A DNA stretch of 64,000 nucleotides from Candidatus Undinarchaeota archaeon (GCA_964519305.1 CAZFHY010000001.1:486218-550217); one strand, 5' to 3'. Shown: positions 46,355-56,758, numbered from the stretch's first letter. Made by a program: numbers and translations. The notes: generated by a model from the letters alone, not told the origin.

Positions 46355-47782
46355 CTACGATGCGGTCAGCGGGGGAACACCACGACTACCGCGGTCACGA
46401 GGCTCGAGGAGGACGAGGATGCCCTCCGCGTCCGTGGGACGGACATCGATCGTACGCCATCGTTCCTGCACGGATGCAGCGAAGTCGGGATCGCCCCCAA
46501 TTCCTGGGATGAAGAAGTCGTCGCCCTGAGCGGAACGTCGTCCCTTGAGCACAAGGTAGCGTGTCCGATCATCTTCGATGGCACCCACCAGGTCAGAACC
46601 GCCCATCATACCGCTCGTGATACGGGCATAGAATACGTCCATTACGTTCGAGCTCATGCTCCGGTCTGCGAGGAAGGCGACGGTGGCGGCAGCTACGCTA
46701 TGTCCGAACACTGTATCCTTGGGCGTCGTCGTTTCCCGGACACGATTCGCAAAGACGGTAACTGCATCACCGAACTGGCTGGACGCGAAACGGGCCCATT
46801 GCCACTGGACCGTCCAGACGAGATTGAGGCAGAGGACGAGCACTAACACTACCGCAGCAAGGTCCCCACGTTCTGTCACCTCATCCAGGGCGCGGCCTGC
46901 AAGTACAGTAAGTAGGGCGAGCGGGTACACAAGGTACTGGATGAGGATGTTCTTCTGGACGAGGATGAAGAGGGAAAGGAGCAGGAACAGTAGCATGACC
47001 GGCCCCGGACGGGTGCGACCGTGGAGCCGGATGGCCGCTAATCCCGCCACGATCGCTAGCGGGTGGGCTGAAAGGAAGCCGACGATCACACCGATACGCT
47101 CGTTCAACGGGATCGGTTCCTTTTGTAGATGGTAGATGACCACCGGCCCGGTCACAGCGTCCATCCCCGATAGGTGGACGAAGAGCAGTGTCACCGGCAG
47201 GGTTACGGCCACGAACGTCGCGATAAAACGAGCGACAGGACGTCTGCCGCGACCGGTCGCGAGCAGGTCGAACAGGATGACCGGGACGGCCATTACAGCG
47301 AAGAGCTTGGTAAGCACAGCCACCCCGCAGAGCAGCCCCGCAGAGAGGTGTTTTCGGCCCAAATGGCGTTCAAGGGCAAGGACCATGAACAGCAGCGAAA
47401 GCGCGTTCCCATCGGTCTGAGCGGCGAACATGAAGCTCCGTGAGCCGAGCAGGAGTGCGCTCGCGAGCACCGCTGCACGCGGCCTGTGGAGACGGGCACA
47501 CAACCGATAGCATCCTATCAGGAGCCCGAGGTTCACCAGTGCGGCCACCAGTGTCCCCGCCCGCCACGTCGTGCCAAGGAGCATGAAGGAGCTGGCGAGC
47601 ACATAGAGCATGGCCGGCGGATGGGCGAAGAAGAAGTCCCGGTACGGCACTGATCCACGGAGGACCTCCCGGGCCATGAGGAAGTACACGTTCTCGTCCC
47701 CAGCGAGCCGGACGTCCATAGGGGGATTCACTACTAAGTAAATGACGAGGATGACGATGAGGAGGGTCTGGGCCCGGTCCAT
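46355..47782 (-). CDS. GT-C fold glycosyltransferase, paralog E
   Basis: Motifs DENVYFLMAR, VPYRDFFFAHPP and QTDGN. Start MDRAQ set by alignment to the paralogs. Confidence 0.85.
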   Translation of the reverse strand: MDRAQTLLIVILVIYLVVNPPMDVRLAGDENVYFLMAREVLRGSVPYRDFFFAHPPAMLYVLASSFMLLGTTWRAGTLVAALVNLGLLIGCYRLCARLHRPRAAVLASALLLGSRSFMFAAQTDGNALSLLFMVLALERHLGRKHLSAGLLCGVAVLTKLFAVMAVPVILFDLLATGRGRRPVARFIATFVAVTLPVTLLFVHLSGMDAVTGPVVIYHLQKEPIPLNERIGVIVGFLSAHPLAIVAGLAAIRLHGRTRPGPVMLLFLLLSLFILVQKNILIQYLVYPLALLTVLAGRALDEVTERGDLAAVVLVLVLCLNLVWTVQWQWARFASSQFGDAVTVFANRVRETTTPKDTVFGHSVAAATVAFLADRSMSSNVMDVFYARITSGMMGGSDLVGAIEDDRTRYLVLKGRRSAQGDDFFIPGIGGDPDFAASVQERWRTIDVRPTDAEGILVLLEPRDRGSRGVPPLTAS

Positions 47783-47842
47783 GTCCGCTCCTTCCCTCCA
47801 CGGACCAGAGTAATATATAATTACCCGCATTGGCCCTTCTCG

Positions 47843-49240
47843 ATGACGGGTGTAGACGAGCGTGCTTTCGTTGTTGGCATTCTTGTCGCACTCGGCCTTC
47901 TGACGACCAGCTTCCTGTTCACGAACGAGGCGCCACGGTTCAGCCTTGCCCTTGCCCTCGGGATCAGGGGTGAGGTCACTATCGACAGGTACCTTTCGCA
48001 GGTCATCCACCCCACCTTCCAGCCCATCGATTTCGCGGTCAAGGACGGACGGTACGTCAGCGATAAGGGACCACTCCAGTCCGTTCTCGCCGCTCCGCTG
48101 ATGTGGCTCCTCTGGTGGGCGGACGTCCCCCTGATGACGGGTGTGTACCTCGCGACGCTCCTGCTCGCAGTGCTCCCCACTGCGCTCACGGCCCTGCTAA
48201 TCTTCTGGTTCGGTCAACACGTTCACCGCACGGGGACTGTCTCGCCCGCGCTCCCGGCGCTCGTGTACGCCCTCGCGACCCATGCGTTCTTCTATGGGAC
48301 CATGTTCTTTGCGTACGCCCTTACAACGTTCCTCGCTTTCGCGAGCTTCTATCTGTTGTTCACCGCTGATCCTAAACAGGACCGGGTGAGAGCGATCGCT
48401 GCGGGCGTGCTGGGTGGGCTTGCTGCTACCAACGACTATCCGACCATACTCCTCATACCAGGCCTTCTCCTCTACTGTCGTATGAAAGCCCCCCGGCTCG
48501 TGCCCGTATTCCTCGTGGGTGCGTTGGCGGCCCTATCCCTTCTTCCCATCTACCATTACACGCTCTTCAGTGAGTTCTCCCCCCCACATAAGTACCATAA
48601 CATGAGAGATACCCACCAACAGGGATTGTTCTTGGGCGTGGGCACCTTCACTCCCGAGGCGTTCCCCGGGACCACTGTTGGTCCCTCACGAGGTCTTTTC
48701 GTCATCTCCCCTGTGCTCGTAGTCGCTGTCGTGCTCCTCAGACGGCTCCACAGACAACATCCTGCTGAGGCCGTCCTTGTCGTTGCAGTCGTACTGGTCC
48801 TCTTCCTGTTCCAGACCTCCTTCATCGACTGGAAGGGCGGTAACTCCTTCGGCCCTCGCTACCTCGTACCCGCCATTCCTTTCCTCGTACTCCCGCTCCT
48901 CACACTTCACCGTAATGGCCCCCTCTGGCCGGTGTTCCTTTCCCTCCTGATCGTCTCGTTCCTGATCAACCTGGTGTGCGCAGCGTCCTACCTACCAAAG
49001 ACCAAGGACAGGTATCCTGTAGAGGGCGCGTTCCTCCGCTGGACCACTGGGACACAGGTATTCAAGCTGATCATTGAGACAGGTGAGCCCTATGAGGACG
49101 TTACCCTACGACCCAAGGTACATCCGTTCCTCTACTGGGCGGATCTCGACGATAACGAAGCGCTCGTGCGGCTCCCTACCCTTCTATCTGGTCTTATCGG
49201 GATCGTGCTGTTCCGCCGCGCCATGAACTGTAAAGACTAG
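47843..49240 (+). CDS. Multi-TM GT-C-like membrane protein (second family), paralog of 60564-61952
   Basis: Motifs TNEAPRFSLA, YVSDKGP, P.RGLF..SP, W.GG.SFGPRYL. Confidence 0.65.
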   Translation: MTGVDERAFVVGILVALGLLTTSFLFTNEAPRFSLALALGIRGEVTIDRYLSQVIHPTFQPIDFAVKDGRYVSDKGPLQSVLAAPLMWLLWWADVPLMTGVYLATLLLAVLPTALTALLIFWFGQHVHRTGTVSPALPALVYALATHAFFYGTMFFAYALTTFLAFASFYLLFTADPKQDRVRAIAAGVLGGLAATNDYPTILLIPGLLLYCRMKAPRLVPVFLVGALAALSLLPIYHYTLFSEFSPPHKYHNMRDTHQQGLFLGVGTFTPEAFPGTTVGPSRGLFVISPVLVVAVVLLRRLHRQHPAEAVLVVAVVLVLFLFQTSFIDWKGGNSFGPRYLVPAIPFLVLPLLTLHRNGPLWPVFLSLLIVSFLINLVCAASYLPKTKDRYPVEGAFLRWTTGTQVFKLIIETGEPYEDVTLRPKVHPFLYWADLDDNEALVRLPTLLSGLIGIVLFRRAMNCKD

Positions 49241-49285
49241 CTCGCGGCCATCCTTTTAAAGGATGATATGCATTTGAGTGCCACC

Positions 49286-50035
49286 ATGAAAGCGGTCGGT
49301 GAGAAGGTGGTGATGGTCGTCCCCGTGTACAACGAGAAGGAGAACATCGCTCCTTTCCTCCTCGACATGGAGAAGGTCGCATCATCATTCCCAGCTGCCT
49401 TTACCATCCTCTTCGTCGAGGGCGGTTCTTCCGACGGTACAGGGGATGCCGTGGACGAGGCGGCCGCTCGTCTCCCCGCCCTGGTCAGCGTGCTCCACGA
49501 GGAGAAGAAGGAGGGTCTCGGCGCGGCCTACCTCAAGGGATTCGCCCGGGCCCTGAAGGACCCTGACGCCGTCTATATAGGTGAGATGGACGTGGATGGC
49601 TCTCATGACCCCGATGTGCTCCCAAAGCTCCTGAAAGCCGTTCAAGAGGGGTATGGGATGGCCTTGGGCTCACGGAGTGTAGATGGCGGAGGAACACCCG
49701 ACTGGCCACTCCGAAGACGCATTATCAGCGGAGGAGCGAACCTTCTCGGACGGGCGGGCACGGCGTTCTCCATCGGTGACGTCACGACCGGTTATAGGCT
49801 CTACCGCCGGGAGGTGCTGGACGATATCGACCTCGGTGCCATCAGGACCCGTGGGTACGCGTTCCAGCTCGAGATGGTATCAGCCGTGCTCAATGCCGAT
49901 TTCACCGTGGCCGAGGTGCCTCTGGTGTTCCACGACCGCGAACGAGGGGCCTCCAAGCTCCGCTCCGACGACATAATCGAGTACTTCCTCCTATCCATCC
50001 GACTCATGTTCCAACGGATACTGGGCAGGAAGTGA
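49286..50035 (+). CDS. Polyprenol-monophosphomannose synthase-like GT2
   Basis: Motifs VPVYNEKENI, GLGAAY..GF, MDVDGSHDP, GSR, D.TTGYRLY, GYAFQLEM. Confidence 0.88.
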   Translation: MKAVGEKVVMVVPVYNEKENIAPFLLDMEKVASSFPAAFTILFVEGGSSDGTGDAVDEAAARLPALVSVLHEEKKEGLGAAYLKGFARALKDPDAVYIGEMDVDGSHDPDVLPKLLKAVQEGYGMALGSRSVDGGGTPDWPLRRRIISGGANLLGRAGTAFSIGDVTTGYRLYRREVLDDIDLGAIRTRGYAFQLEMVSAVLNADFTVAEVPLVFHDRERGASKLRSDDIIEYFLLSIRLMFQRILGRK

Positions 50036-50056
50036 AGAGCACGAACTTGTCGAGGC

Positions 50057-50725
50057 TCACCGCCGCCGCTGGAAACGTGGGCGCACTTCCCGTGCTACCT
50101 CTTCGATGTTCTCGTCGGGTGCCAGTTCCCGTCGAAGGAACACGCCTGTGCGACCGATGACGTCCCGCCGGACGAGCACTGACACACGTTCCTCGACGAC
50201 CGCCAGGGGGATGTCGAGGGCACGGGCCACTTGGGACGGCCCGACCTCCTGTGCAGCCTCCTCCGTATGACCCTTGGACGTGGGCGTCACCAGAACGAGC
50301 CGCTTGTCCACGCCGGTAACACGTTTATCAGCGCGTAGCTCGGGGTGGTCAACTGCGCCGCCGAACCGGTGGAATCCCTCCTCCGCAGGTGTGGGATGCC
50401 ACAGGGGGTGAGTGACGGTGACCTCCGGGCCCAAGTGGTAGTGGGCCTTGGGAGTGAGCCAGGGCGTCGCGGCCACTACCTCACGCCCGATGACCTCTAG
50501 CCGCGATTCCACTTCGAGCGAAGGTATGGGGCGGGGGATGATTATGTCAATATCACTGCCCCGATGGACGTCGCCCCGGGCCACCGAGCCGTACACCTGC
50601 GGGGCCAGGTCCCCAAGCCGTTCCATGACGGCCAGTGCAACGCTCCGTTTCGACGCCAAGAGCTCCCAGTGCTCGGTATCGTAAACGACATCGGCGCGAT
50701 GATGCTGGAGGACCTTCTCACGCAC
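50057..50725 (-). CDS. Archaeal Pol-beta-superfamily nucleotidyltransferase (COG2413-like)
   Basis: Motifs YGSVARGDV..GSDIDI, FGG, RV.GVDKRL, RRD..GRTGVF. Confidence 0.8.
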   Translation of the reverse strand: MREKVLQHHRADVVYDTEHWELLASKRSVALAVMERLGDLAPQVYGSVARGDVHRGSDIDIIIPRPIPSLEVESRLEVIGREVVAATPWLTPKAHYHLGPEVTVTHPLWHPTPAEEGFHRFGGAVDHPELRADKRVTGVDKRLVLVTPTSKGHTEEAAQEVGPSQVARALDIPLAVVEERVSVLVRRDVIGRTGVFLRRELAPDENIEEVAREVRPRFQRRR

Positions 50726-50732
50726 CGGACCC

Positions 50733-52874
50733 TCACCGGTGGTGGAGGTATGCATCCATCCACTGGGACCAGTACTGCACCGGGTTCTTCACAGGCACAG
50801 GATCTTCATTGTTCCCGTTTGGCGAGGGATTGCGGCCTTCAGGCAGGGAGAAGAGCTCGTTGTTGTAGAACACCGCCTGCTCCTCCACCATATGAGCCAG
50901 ATTGCTATCAAGGACATCACGGATGACGTCCTCTTCCCCAACGGACTCTAAAAGGCCGATGAGGTACGGAGTGTCCCGGGGCCACACCACGGCCTCGTGG
51001 TACTGCTCGTCGCCGTAGTAGATACGCTCGTCGGAGTCCTTGACCAGGATACCGAAGGCCTTGCCCCCCCGCTCGATTAGCAGGTTGTCACGGGTGGTGT
51101 CCCATACCCTGCGCAGTTCGTCTTTCGAGAAGACATCCGTACCTAGCATGGAAGCAGCGACTACCGCAGGTGAGCCTCGGGTGTCGTCCTTCCGGCCGTT
51201 AGCGTCCACCAGGTTGTAGAGGAACCCTTCCTGGTCGTTCCAGAACACGTCCTTGTAGCTGGCGGTCCCCATAGCGTGAAGGCTCTCGCACCGTTCGGCG
51301 AGCTTATCGTCACCGGCATTGCGCGCCACCTCGGCACCATGGGAGAGCATGGTCAGCCACTGTGCGTTGACCTCTGGAAGGAAATATGAGGGCAGGTAGA
51401 ACTCGTGCCGCGCCTGGTCACCGCCAACCTCGCGCACGCGTTCCTCCTCCCATCCGCGCGGGATCCGCTCGGGGAGCATGTGGCCACCCACCCAGCGCTT
51501 GGAGTCGGTCCAGGTGTGCCAGGCAACTGAACGGATGAGACCGTTGTCCGTCACAACGGGTGCCCCGTCCTCGATCCCGGGATCGGCGGCGGAGAACCCG
51601 TCAAGAGTTCGTCGGAGGCTTCCAAGGACCTCCTGTGAGAATGATCGGTCACCGCTGTCCGCAGCGATGCGCAGCCCTGTGTCGATGCACAGGAGCGTGG
51701 CGTCCACGGCGTTATAGCTCACAGGCTCGCCAGCACGCTCGGGAAGCTTGTTGGGGATGCGACCCGTGTCGTCCTGGAGCTTGAGTCCGGCGCGGACAAG
51801 GTCCTTGACGAAGTCATCGCCCTTGATCGTCCGGTATGTCTCATAGCTCGAGCGGACGCCTTCGTAAGCGTCGCGGAACCAGGCGTTCCTGAACCACCAG
51901 CCACCGGCCTCGGGTACAGTCGTATCGCCCACGCGGATGCCGAAATTGGCCAGAGTTACCGCGCGGTTGAGCAAGAGACCCTCGCGCTCGTCACTCGGGT
52001 CCAGTCCGAGGTTCTGAGCCATGGTGGTGATGCGGTACTCCTCGGCACGCTCGTTGGTCGCATGTGTCCGGATCGCGTTCTGGTAGGCATCGCGCACAGC
52101 ACCTTCGCCGCGCCCGGCCGCGAACACGACCTCCAGGTCCTCTCCGTCAGTCACATCGGCCTCTAGCTTGCCAGCGAACGTCGGGTGCTTCCACTCCTCA
52201 CGGAACACGATGCCTTCAGGCCCCTCTGTCCGGGAGCCCGATCCGAGCTTGTAGCCCCAGGGCATGGTCCGGCGGAAGTCCTCTGCGCGTGCGTTCTGTG
52301 CTCCGAGGAGAAGATACCTGTCGCCACGAGCTGCGAACAGCGCGCCGGTGCCGGAGTCCACCCACGAGCCGATCTCATGCGGCGAGGAACCGTCGTACAT
52401 GTGGCGGATGTCCACGAGCGGGCTCACCGATAGGTGGAGACCGTTCTCCTGGCTGTCGACATGGTACCGTACACGACCTGTGATACCATCAGCGTCGCCT
52501 CCGTCGAGGAGGAAGTAGTCAACGTCGACCGAACCGACGTTCTCGCCATCGCGTATCATGTCGTAATGATAGACGGCCTTATGGGCGTGGGCGGTGACCG
52601 AGGTGGGCTTCAGGTCGAGCCACTGGTCACCCTGACGCACACCGAACGCCATGGAGTCGAGATACTTCCAGTTCTCACCCTCGGAATGCACGTTCAGGCC
52701 TTCATAGGAAAAGTCACGGTTAGGGGCCATATAGATGCCCTGGTCCGGGAGGACAGAAGCGGAGAATACCGAGAGCGACATCTCGGCCTGGGGACGTCTG
52801 AGCACGACCCGTTGATTGCGGGCGAATCCCCAGTCTGGATTCTCCTCACAGTCAATGGAGTATCCTGTCTCCAT
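50733..52874 (-). CDS. Amylo-alpha-1,6-glucosidase (glycogen debranching enzyme)-like
   Basis: Motifs AG.WWF...WFRD, GRIPN, YNAVDATL, TWTDS, EVNAQW, YH...VWP, Q.WS. Start METGY follows a BRE-TATA. Confidence 0.85.
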   Translation of the reverse strand: METGYSIDCEENPDWGFARNQRVVLRRPQAEMSLSVFSASVLPDQGIYMAPNRDFSYEGLNVHSEGENWKYLDSMAFGVRQGDQWLDLKPTSVTAHAHKAVYHYDMIRDGENVGSVDVDYFLLDGGDADGITGRVRYHVDSQENGLHLSVSPLVDIRHMYDGSSPHEIGSWVDSGTGALFAARGDRYLLLGAQNARAEDFRRTMPWGYKLGSGSRTEGPEGIVFREEWKHPTFAGKLEADVTDGEDLEVVFAAGRGEGAVRDAYQNAIRTHATNERAEEYRITTMAQNLGLDPSDEREGLLLNRAVTLANFGIRVGDTTVPEAGGWWFRNAWFRDAYEGVRSSYETYRTIKGDDFVKDLVRAGLKLQDDTGRIPNKLPERAGEPVSYNAVDATLLCIDTGLRIAADSGDRSFSQEVLGSLRRTLDGFSAADPGIEDGAPVVTDNGLIRSVAWHTWTDSKRWVGGHMLPERIPRGWEEERVREVGGDQARHEFYLPSYFLPEVNAQWLTMLSHGAEVARNAGDDKLAERCESLHAMGTASYKDVFWNDQEGFLYNLVDANGRKDDTRGSPAVVAASMLGTDVFSKDELRRVWDTTRDNLLIERGGKAFGILVKDSDERIYYGDEQYHEAVVWPRDTPYLIGLLESVGEEDVIRDVLDSNLAHMVEEQAVFYNNELFSLPEGRNPSPNGNNEDPVPVKNPVQYWSQWMDAYLHHR

Positions 52875-52983
52875 GTGGCACGGTTTTGCGGGACCGCCGG
52901 TATTTATACCTTTCCCACCCCCATGCCGTGTCACTTGGACAAGGGCGCGGGTTGTGACCGTCACCACTGCGGGAACGCCTGGC

Positions 52984-54036
52984 CTACTCCAGATCCTCAG
53001 CGATCTTTGCGTAGATCGTGAGATACTGGTCGGCAATGGCGTCCCATGTGAATCTTTCTTCGACTCTTTGTCGCGCATGCTTCCCAAACTCCTGACGCAA
53101 TCCCTCGTCATCCTTGAGAGTGCGCCCGTACTTTACCAGCCCCTCGTAGTCCTTGGCGAGGAGGCCTGTGCTCCCATCGACGACCACGTCCCGGTTGCTC
53201 ACGACGTCATATGCGAGCACTGGCTTGCCGCAGGCACAGGCCTCCAGGATGGTGAGGGTCATCCCTTCCCATCCACTGGCCGTAGCGTAGAACGCTGCGC
53301 GGCGATAGGTATCGATCAGGTCCTCCTCGCTCAGCCCCGTCATTATGTCCAGCTCGACACCGAGCTTGGAGGCCAATAGCATTAGCTCGTCCTTCTGGGG
53401 ACCACGTCCGATAATCTTGAGGGGCATGTCGATGTCAGCTGCCAGTTGTACGAGCTGCTCGACCCGCTTCTGCCCTATGAGCCGGCCAACGAAGAGCATG
53501 TAGCCTTCGTCCTCCCCCGTGGGGGTGAACGACCTAGTGTCCACTCCATTAGGGATGTAGGTCGGATCCTTGACCCTGTACGTACCCTCCAGCTCCTCTT
53601 TCTGGGTGAGGGATACGGTGGTGACTTGGTGCATCCTACGATATAGCGCCGTAGTAGCTCCCAGGAATCCGGCCCGGGCTATTTTCTTTGGGGCCAGGGC
53701 CGGGTCCAAGGCCATGCTGTACCATCCGTGGTACGTGCAAAGATAGTTCCGTCGGCTGTTGCCCAGGGCCGCCCAGTTGAGCACTGCATGATGGAGGTGG
53801 AATATCCCGGTCTCGTTCAGCATCCGGTTGCGGACGGTCGTGAGCATCCAGAGCACCTTGTGACGGGTGTCCTTGGTCTTGACCACCTCGATCTCCAGGT
53901 TTCGGAGGTTCGGGTAGTCCACCTCGAACCCGCTCTCTGCGACCAGGACCTTGACGGGGTGGACCTTCCTGACATGATCGATGAGGCCGAACATCACCCG
54001 GTCGATGCCCCCTCCCTCGATGAAGGTGTTGTTCAC
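52984..54036 (-). CDS. GT4 glycosyltransferase
   Basis: Motifs IPNGVD, FVGRL...K, WEGMTLTILEA.ACGKP. Start codon is problematic (see findings). Confidence 0.85.
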   Translation of the reverse strand: MNNTFIEGGGIDRVMFGLIDHVRKVHPVKVLVAESGFEVDYPNLRNLEIEVVKTKDTRHKVLWMLTTVRNRMLNETGIFHLHHAVLNWAALGNSRRNYLCTYHGWYSMALDPALAPKKIARAGFLGATTALYRRMHQVTTVSLTQKEELEGTYRVKDPTYIPNGVDTRSFTPTGEDEGYMLFVGRLIGQKRVEQLVQLAADIDMPLKIIGRGPQKDELMLLASKLGVELDIMTGLSEEDLIDTYRRAAFYATASGWEGMTLTILEACACGKPVLAYDVVSNRDVVVDGSTGLLAKDYEGLVKYGRTLKDDEGLRQEFGKHARQRVEERFTWDAIADQYLTIYAKIAEDLE

Positions 54037-54057
54037 GTGGATAATCTCGGCGGCCGT

Positions 54058-54963
54058 TCAGACCACCCCCCGCAGGAAACCCGAAGCATACGTTATGAAG
54101 CGTACAAGTGCCAGGGGCAGGAACGCGATGGACGCAAGACCGTGATCATTTAGTCCTTGGAAGAGCACAGGCAGACCATCCACCATCAGGAAGGCGACCA
54201 GAAGGAGCGTCATCGCCAATCCGCCACCAGGGACGAACGGTGCAGCGACCGCAAGAGGGACGAGCGCAAGGCCGCCCAGGCAGTAGAGGGTGTTGCCAGG
54301 ATTGTGAAGGCCGTGCTTACGCACAAGCCGCCCCTGGCCGACACCGTAGCCGAACTGCTGACGGAGCCAGGGACCGATCGAGGCGCGGTGGTGATGGTAG
54401 GCCTTTGCTTTGGGAACGTAGACCGCCTCAAGACCGACCGTCTCCGCTCTGATGAGCAGGTCAAGGTCCTCGCCTGTGGGCAGTTCCGCGTCGAACCCGC
54501 CCAGGTCGTCAAGGAGCTTTCGTGTGTACGCGGTGCACCAAGAAGGTGCTCGCGCGGGTGCGCGCTGGAAGTGCAGTTCCGTCCGTGAACCCTCGAACCG
54601 CTCAACCAGTGTACGGGCATCGGCGGCCCCGACCCTTCCGGTGGCGATGGCGATGTTGTCCTTCAGTGCCGGGAGGAGGGCGGCCAGAAATCCTTTCTCG
54701 AGCTTTATGTCCGCGTCCACGAAGAGGACGATATCACCGGTCGTCTCCGCGATACCGCGGTTGCGGGCGCGTGCGATGCCACGCGTATCCTCGACGACCA
54801 CACGGGCGCCATGCTCAGCAGCGATTTCCTGTGTGTCATCCGTGGAACCGCCATCGACCACGACGACCTCTGCTGGTAAAGGCTCTTGGGCTGAAAGGCT
54901 CTCTAGCGTCGCGGCAACGGTGTCCGCGTTATCCAGGGTGAGCACGACCGCGCTGACCTCCAC
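54058..54963 (-). CDS. GT2 glycosyltransferase with C-terminal TM helices
   Basis: Motifs VVDGGSTD, ARNRG, FVDAD, GGFD, GEDLD. Confidence 0.88.
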   Translation of the reverse strand: MEVSAVVLTLDNADTVAATLESLSAQEPLPAEVVVVDGGSTDDTQEIAAEHGARVVVEDTRGIARARNRGIAETTGDIVLFVDADIKLEKGFLAALLPALKDNIAIATGRVGAADARTLVERFEGSRTELHFQRAPARAPSWCTAYTRKLLDDLGGFDAELPTGEDLDLLIRAETVGLEAVYVPKAKAYHHHRASIGPWLRQQFGYGVGQGRLVRKHGLHNPGNTLYCLGGLALVPLAVAAPFVPGGGLAMTLLLVAFLMVDGLPVLFQGLNDHGLASIAFLPLALVRFITYASGFLRGVV

Positions 54964-55015
54964 GATGTTGGGGGTGGCTGCACCCTTTTAATGCTTATCC
55001 ACCACATAACATCCT

Positions 55016-56146
55016 ATGCGCCTGTGCCTCTACAGCCCGTCGCTCGGTGAGGTGGTCGCCGGAGGTGCCGAGACCTTCGGTCGGGAGATCGCACGCCGGC
55101 TCTCGAGACGCCATGAGGTCCATGTTGTGTGCGGCGGTACTGTAGCGCCCGAGCTCGCGGCGATAAAGGACATCACGTTCCATACGTTCCCGTACGTGCG
55201 GCGCAACTCTGCCCCGGCGGACGCATTTCGCAGTCTCACCCGTTATCATCTGGACGCATTCTGGCTGGAATCGGTGTCATTCTTCCCAGCTGCAAAGCGG
55301 CACTTCGCAGAGAACGAGTACGATCTCGTGGCCGTGCTCTACCCCCCTGACTCCATGGTGCGCTCCGTAGCAAAAGGGAAGCTCGCCGTGCATTTCCAGG
55401 GCTATCCCGTGGGGAGCATCAAGCGGCGGATCTACAAGCGTATCCTGGACAGGTACGATCCGGAGGTATCCGCGTCGTGCAGCCGGTTCGTGGCAGAGCG
55501 TGTCCGCGAGTCGCTGGGGATCGAGAGCGCGGTGGTGTACAACGGCGTCGACACTGAACGTTTTTCACCGGGAAAGCGCGATACGGAGCTCACGGAGGCC
55601 TTCCTGCTGGAGGACCGCCGGGCCGTGCTTTTCGTAGGACGGTTCACCAAGCAGAAGGGAGTGGACACCCTCCTGCGCGCTGTTGCCCGGATGCCCGACG
55701 ACACGGTGCTCCTCTTGGCAGGTGGAGGGCCACTGGAGGGACAGCTGCGTCTTTTAACCAAGGAACTGGGCATCGAGGAACGGACCCGGTTCCTGGGCGT
55801 AGTGGCCCACCACGAGCTCCCTCGGCTATACCGGGCGGCCGACGTAGTGGCCGTGCCCTCGAACATGGAACCACTGGGGATAGTCTGCCTCGAGGCCATG
55901 GCCTGTGGGGCTCCCGTGGTAGCATCTGACGTGGGAGGACTGCCCGAGCTCGTTGGAGATGATGCCGGACTGCTCATTGAGCCCGGAGATCCGGAAGGTC
56001 TGGCCCAGGGGCTCGGTGCGGTACTAGAGGACGATAAGCTGGCACGTCGCATGGGCACCGCCGGGAGAAAACGCGCCAAGAAGATGGACTGGGACGCGAT
56101 ATCTGCCCAGGTTGAGGACCTCTACGTCACCGGATTAAAAGTGTGA
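55016..56146 (+). CDS. GT4 glycosyltransferase
   Basis: Motifs GGAE, NGVD..RF, VGR....KG, EPLGIVCLEAMACG.P. Confidence 0.9.
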   Translation: MRLCLYSPSLGEVVAGGAETFGREIARRLSRRHEVHVVCGGTVAPELAAIKDITFHTFPYVRRNSAPADAFRSLTRYHLDAFWLESVSFFPAAKRHFAENEYDLVAVLYPPDSMVRSVAKGKLAVHFQGYPVGSIKRRIYKRILDRYDPEVSASCSRFVAERVRESLGIESAVVYNGVDTERFSPGKRDTELTEAFLLEDRRAVLFVGRFTKQKGVDTLLRAVARMPDDTVLLLAGGGPLEGQLRLLTKELGIEERTRFLGVVAHHELPRLYRAADVVAVPSNMEPLGIVCLEAMACGAPVVASDVGGLPELVGDDAGLLIEPGDPEGLAQGLGAVLEDDKLARRMGTAGRKRAKKMDWDAISAQVEDLYVTGLKV

Positions 56147-56181
56147 GTCTTTTTAATGGAACAAGGCACTACTAGAGGTAC

Positions 56182-56670
56182 ATGGTCTTAAGAATGGACT
56201 TTTCCTTGATGGACGAGACCTCTAAGGCCATATTCATCATCCTCGTCTTCATCGTCTCCTACATATTCGCGCTCGTACCCCTTGGCATTGTACTGGACCC
56301 CACTTCCACGCTGGCAGAGCGTATGATGAACTTCGAGACCCCTGAACTGCGCCTTCTCAACATGCTGGCCGTGGTCGTTGCGCTCGCGGTGGGCTTCCTG
56401 GTCTCATACAACATCGCACTGGCCCAGCGGGATGAACCCGAGCATCAGCTCGAGATCATCAAGAAAGCATTGAGCGATGACGAACGCCTCGTTGTGGAGG
56501 AGGTGGAGCGCTCCGGAGATATCACACAGGACTCACTGCGCTTCCGCTTGGACTGGAGCAAGGCCAAGGTGTCCACCGTGCTCAGTAATCTGGACCGGAT
56601 GGGCGTCATCCAGCGTGAACGGATGGGCAAGACCTACAAGGTGTTCCTCGACTCGTCCCGAGTGACCTGA
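56182..56670 (+). CDS. Membrane-anchored wHTH protein (COG2512-like)
   Basis: Two TM helices, then LSDDE...ITQ..L...LDWSKAKVS..L..L...G.I.RER.G. Confidence 0.8.
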   Translation: MVLRMDFSLMDETSKAIFIILVFIVSYIFALVPLGIVLDPTSTLAERMMNFETPELRLLNMLAVVVALAVGFLVSYNIALAQRDEPEHQLEIIKKALSDDERLVVEEVERSGDITQDSLRFRLDWSKAKVSTVLSNLDRMGVIQRERMGKTYKVFLDSSRVT

Positions 56671-56758
56671 GAACGACCGGCGGCCGCAGAGTCATCCATT
56701 TATCCTTTTCCCCGCGATTCCCTGACATACCTACGTTTACGGTAAAGGACGGAGCATC

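Noticed and set aside
50057-50725. MNT-HEPN toxin-antitoxin pair
   Set aside because: No HEPN partner is adjacent, and the protein is the longer conserved archaeal type.
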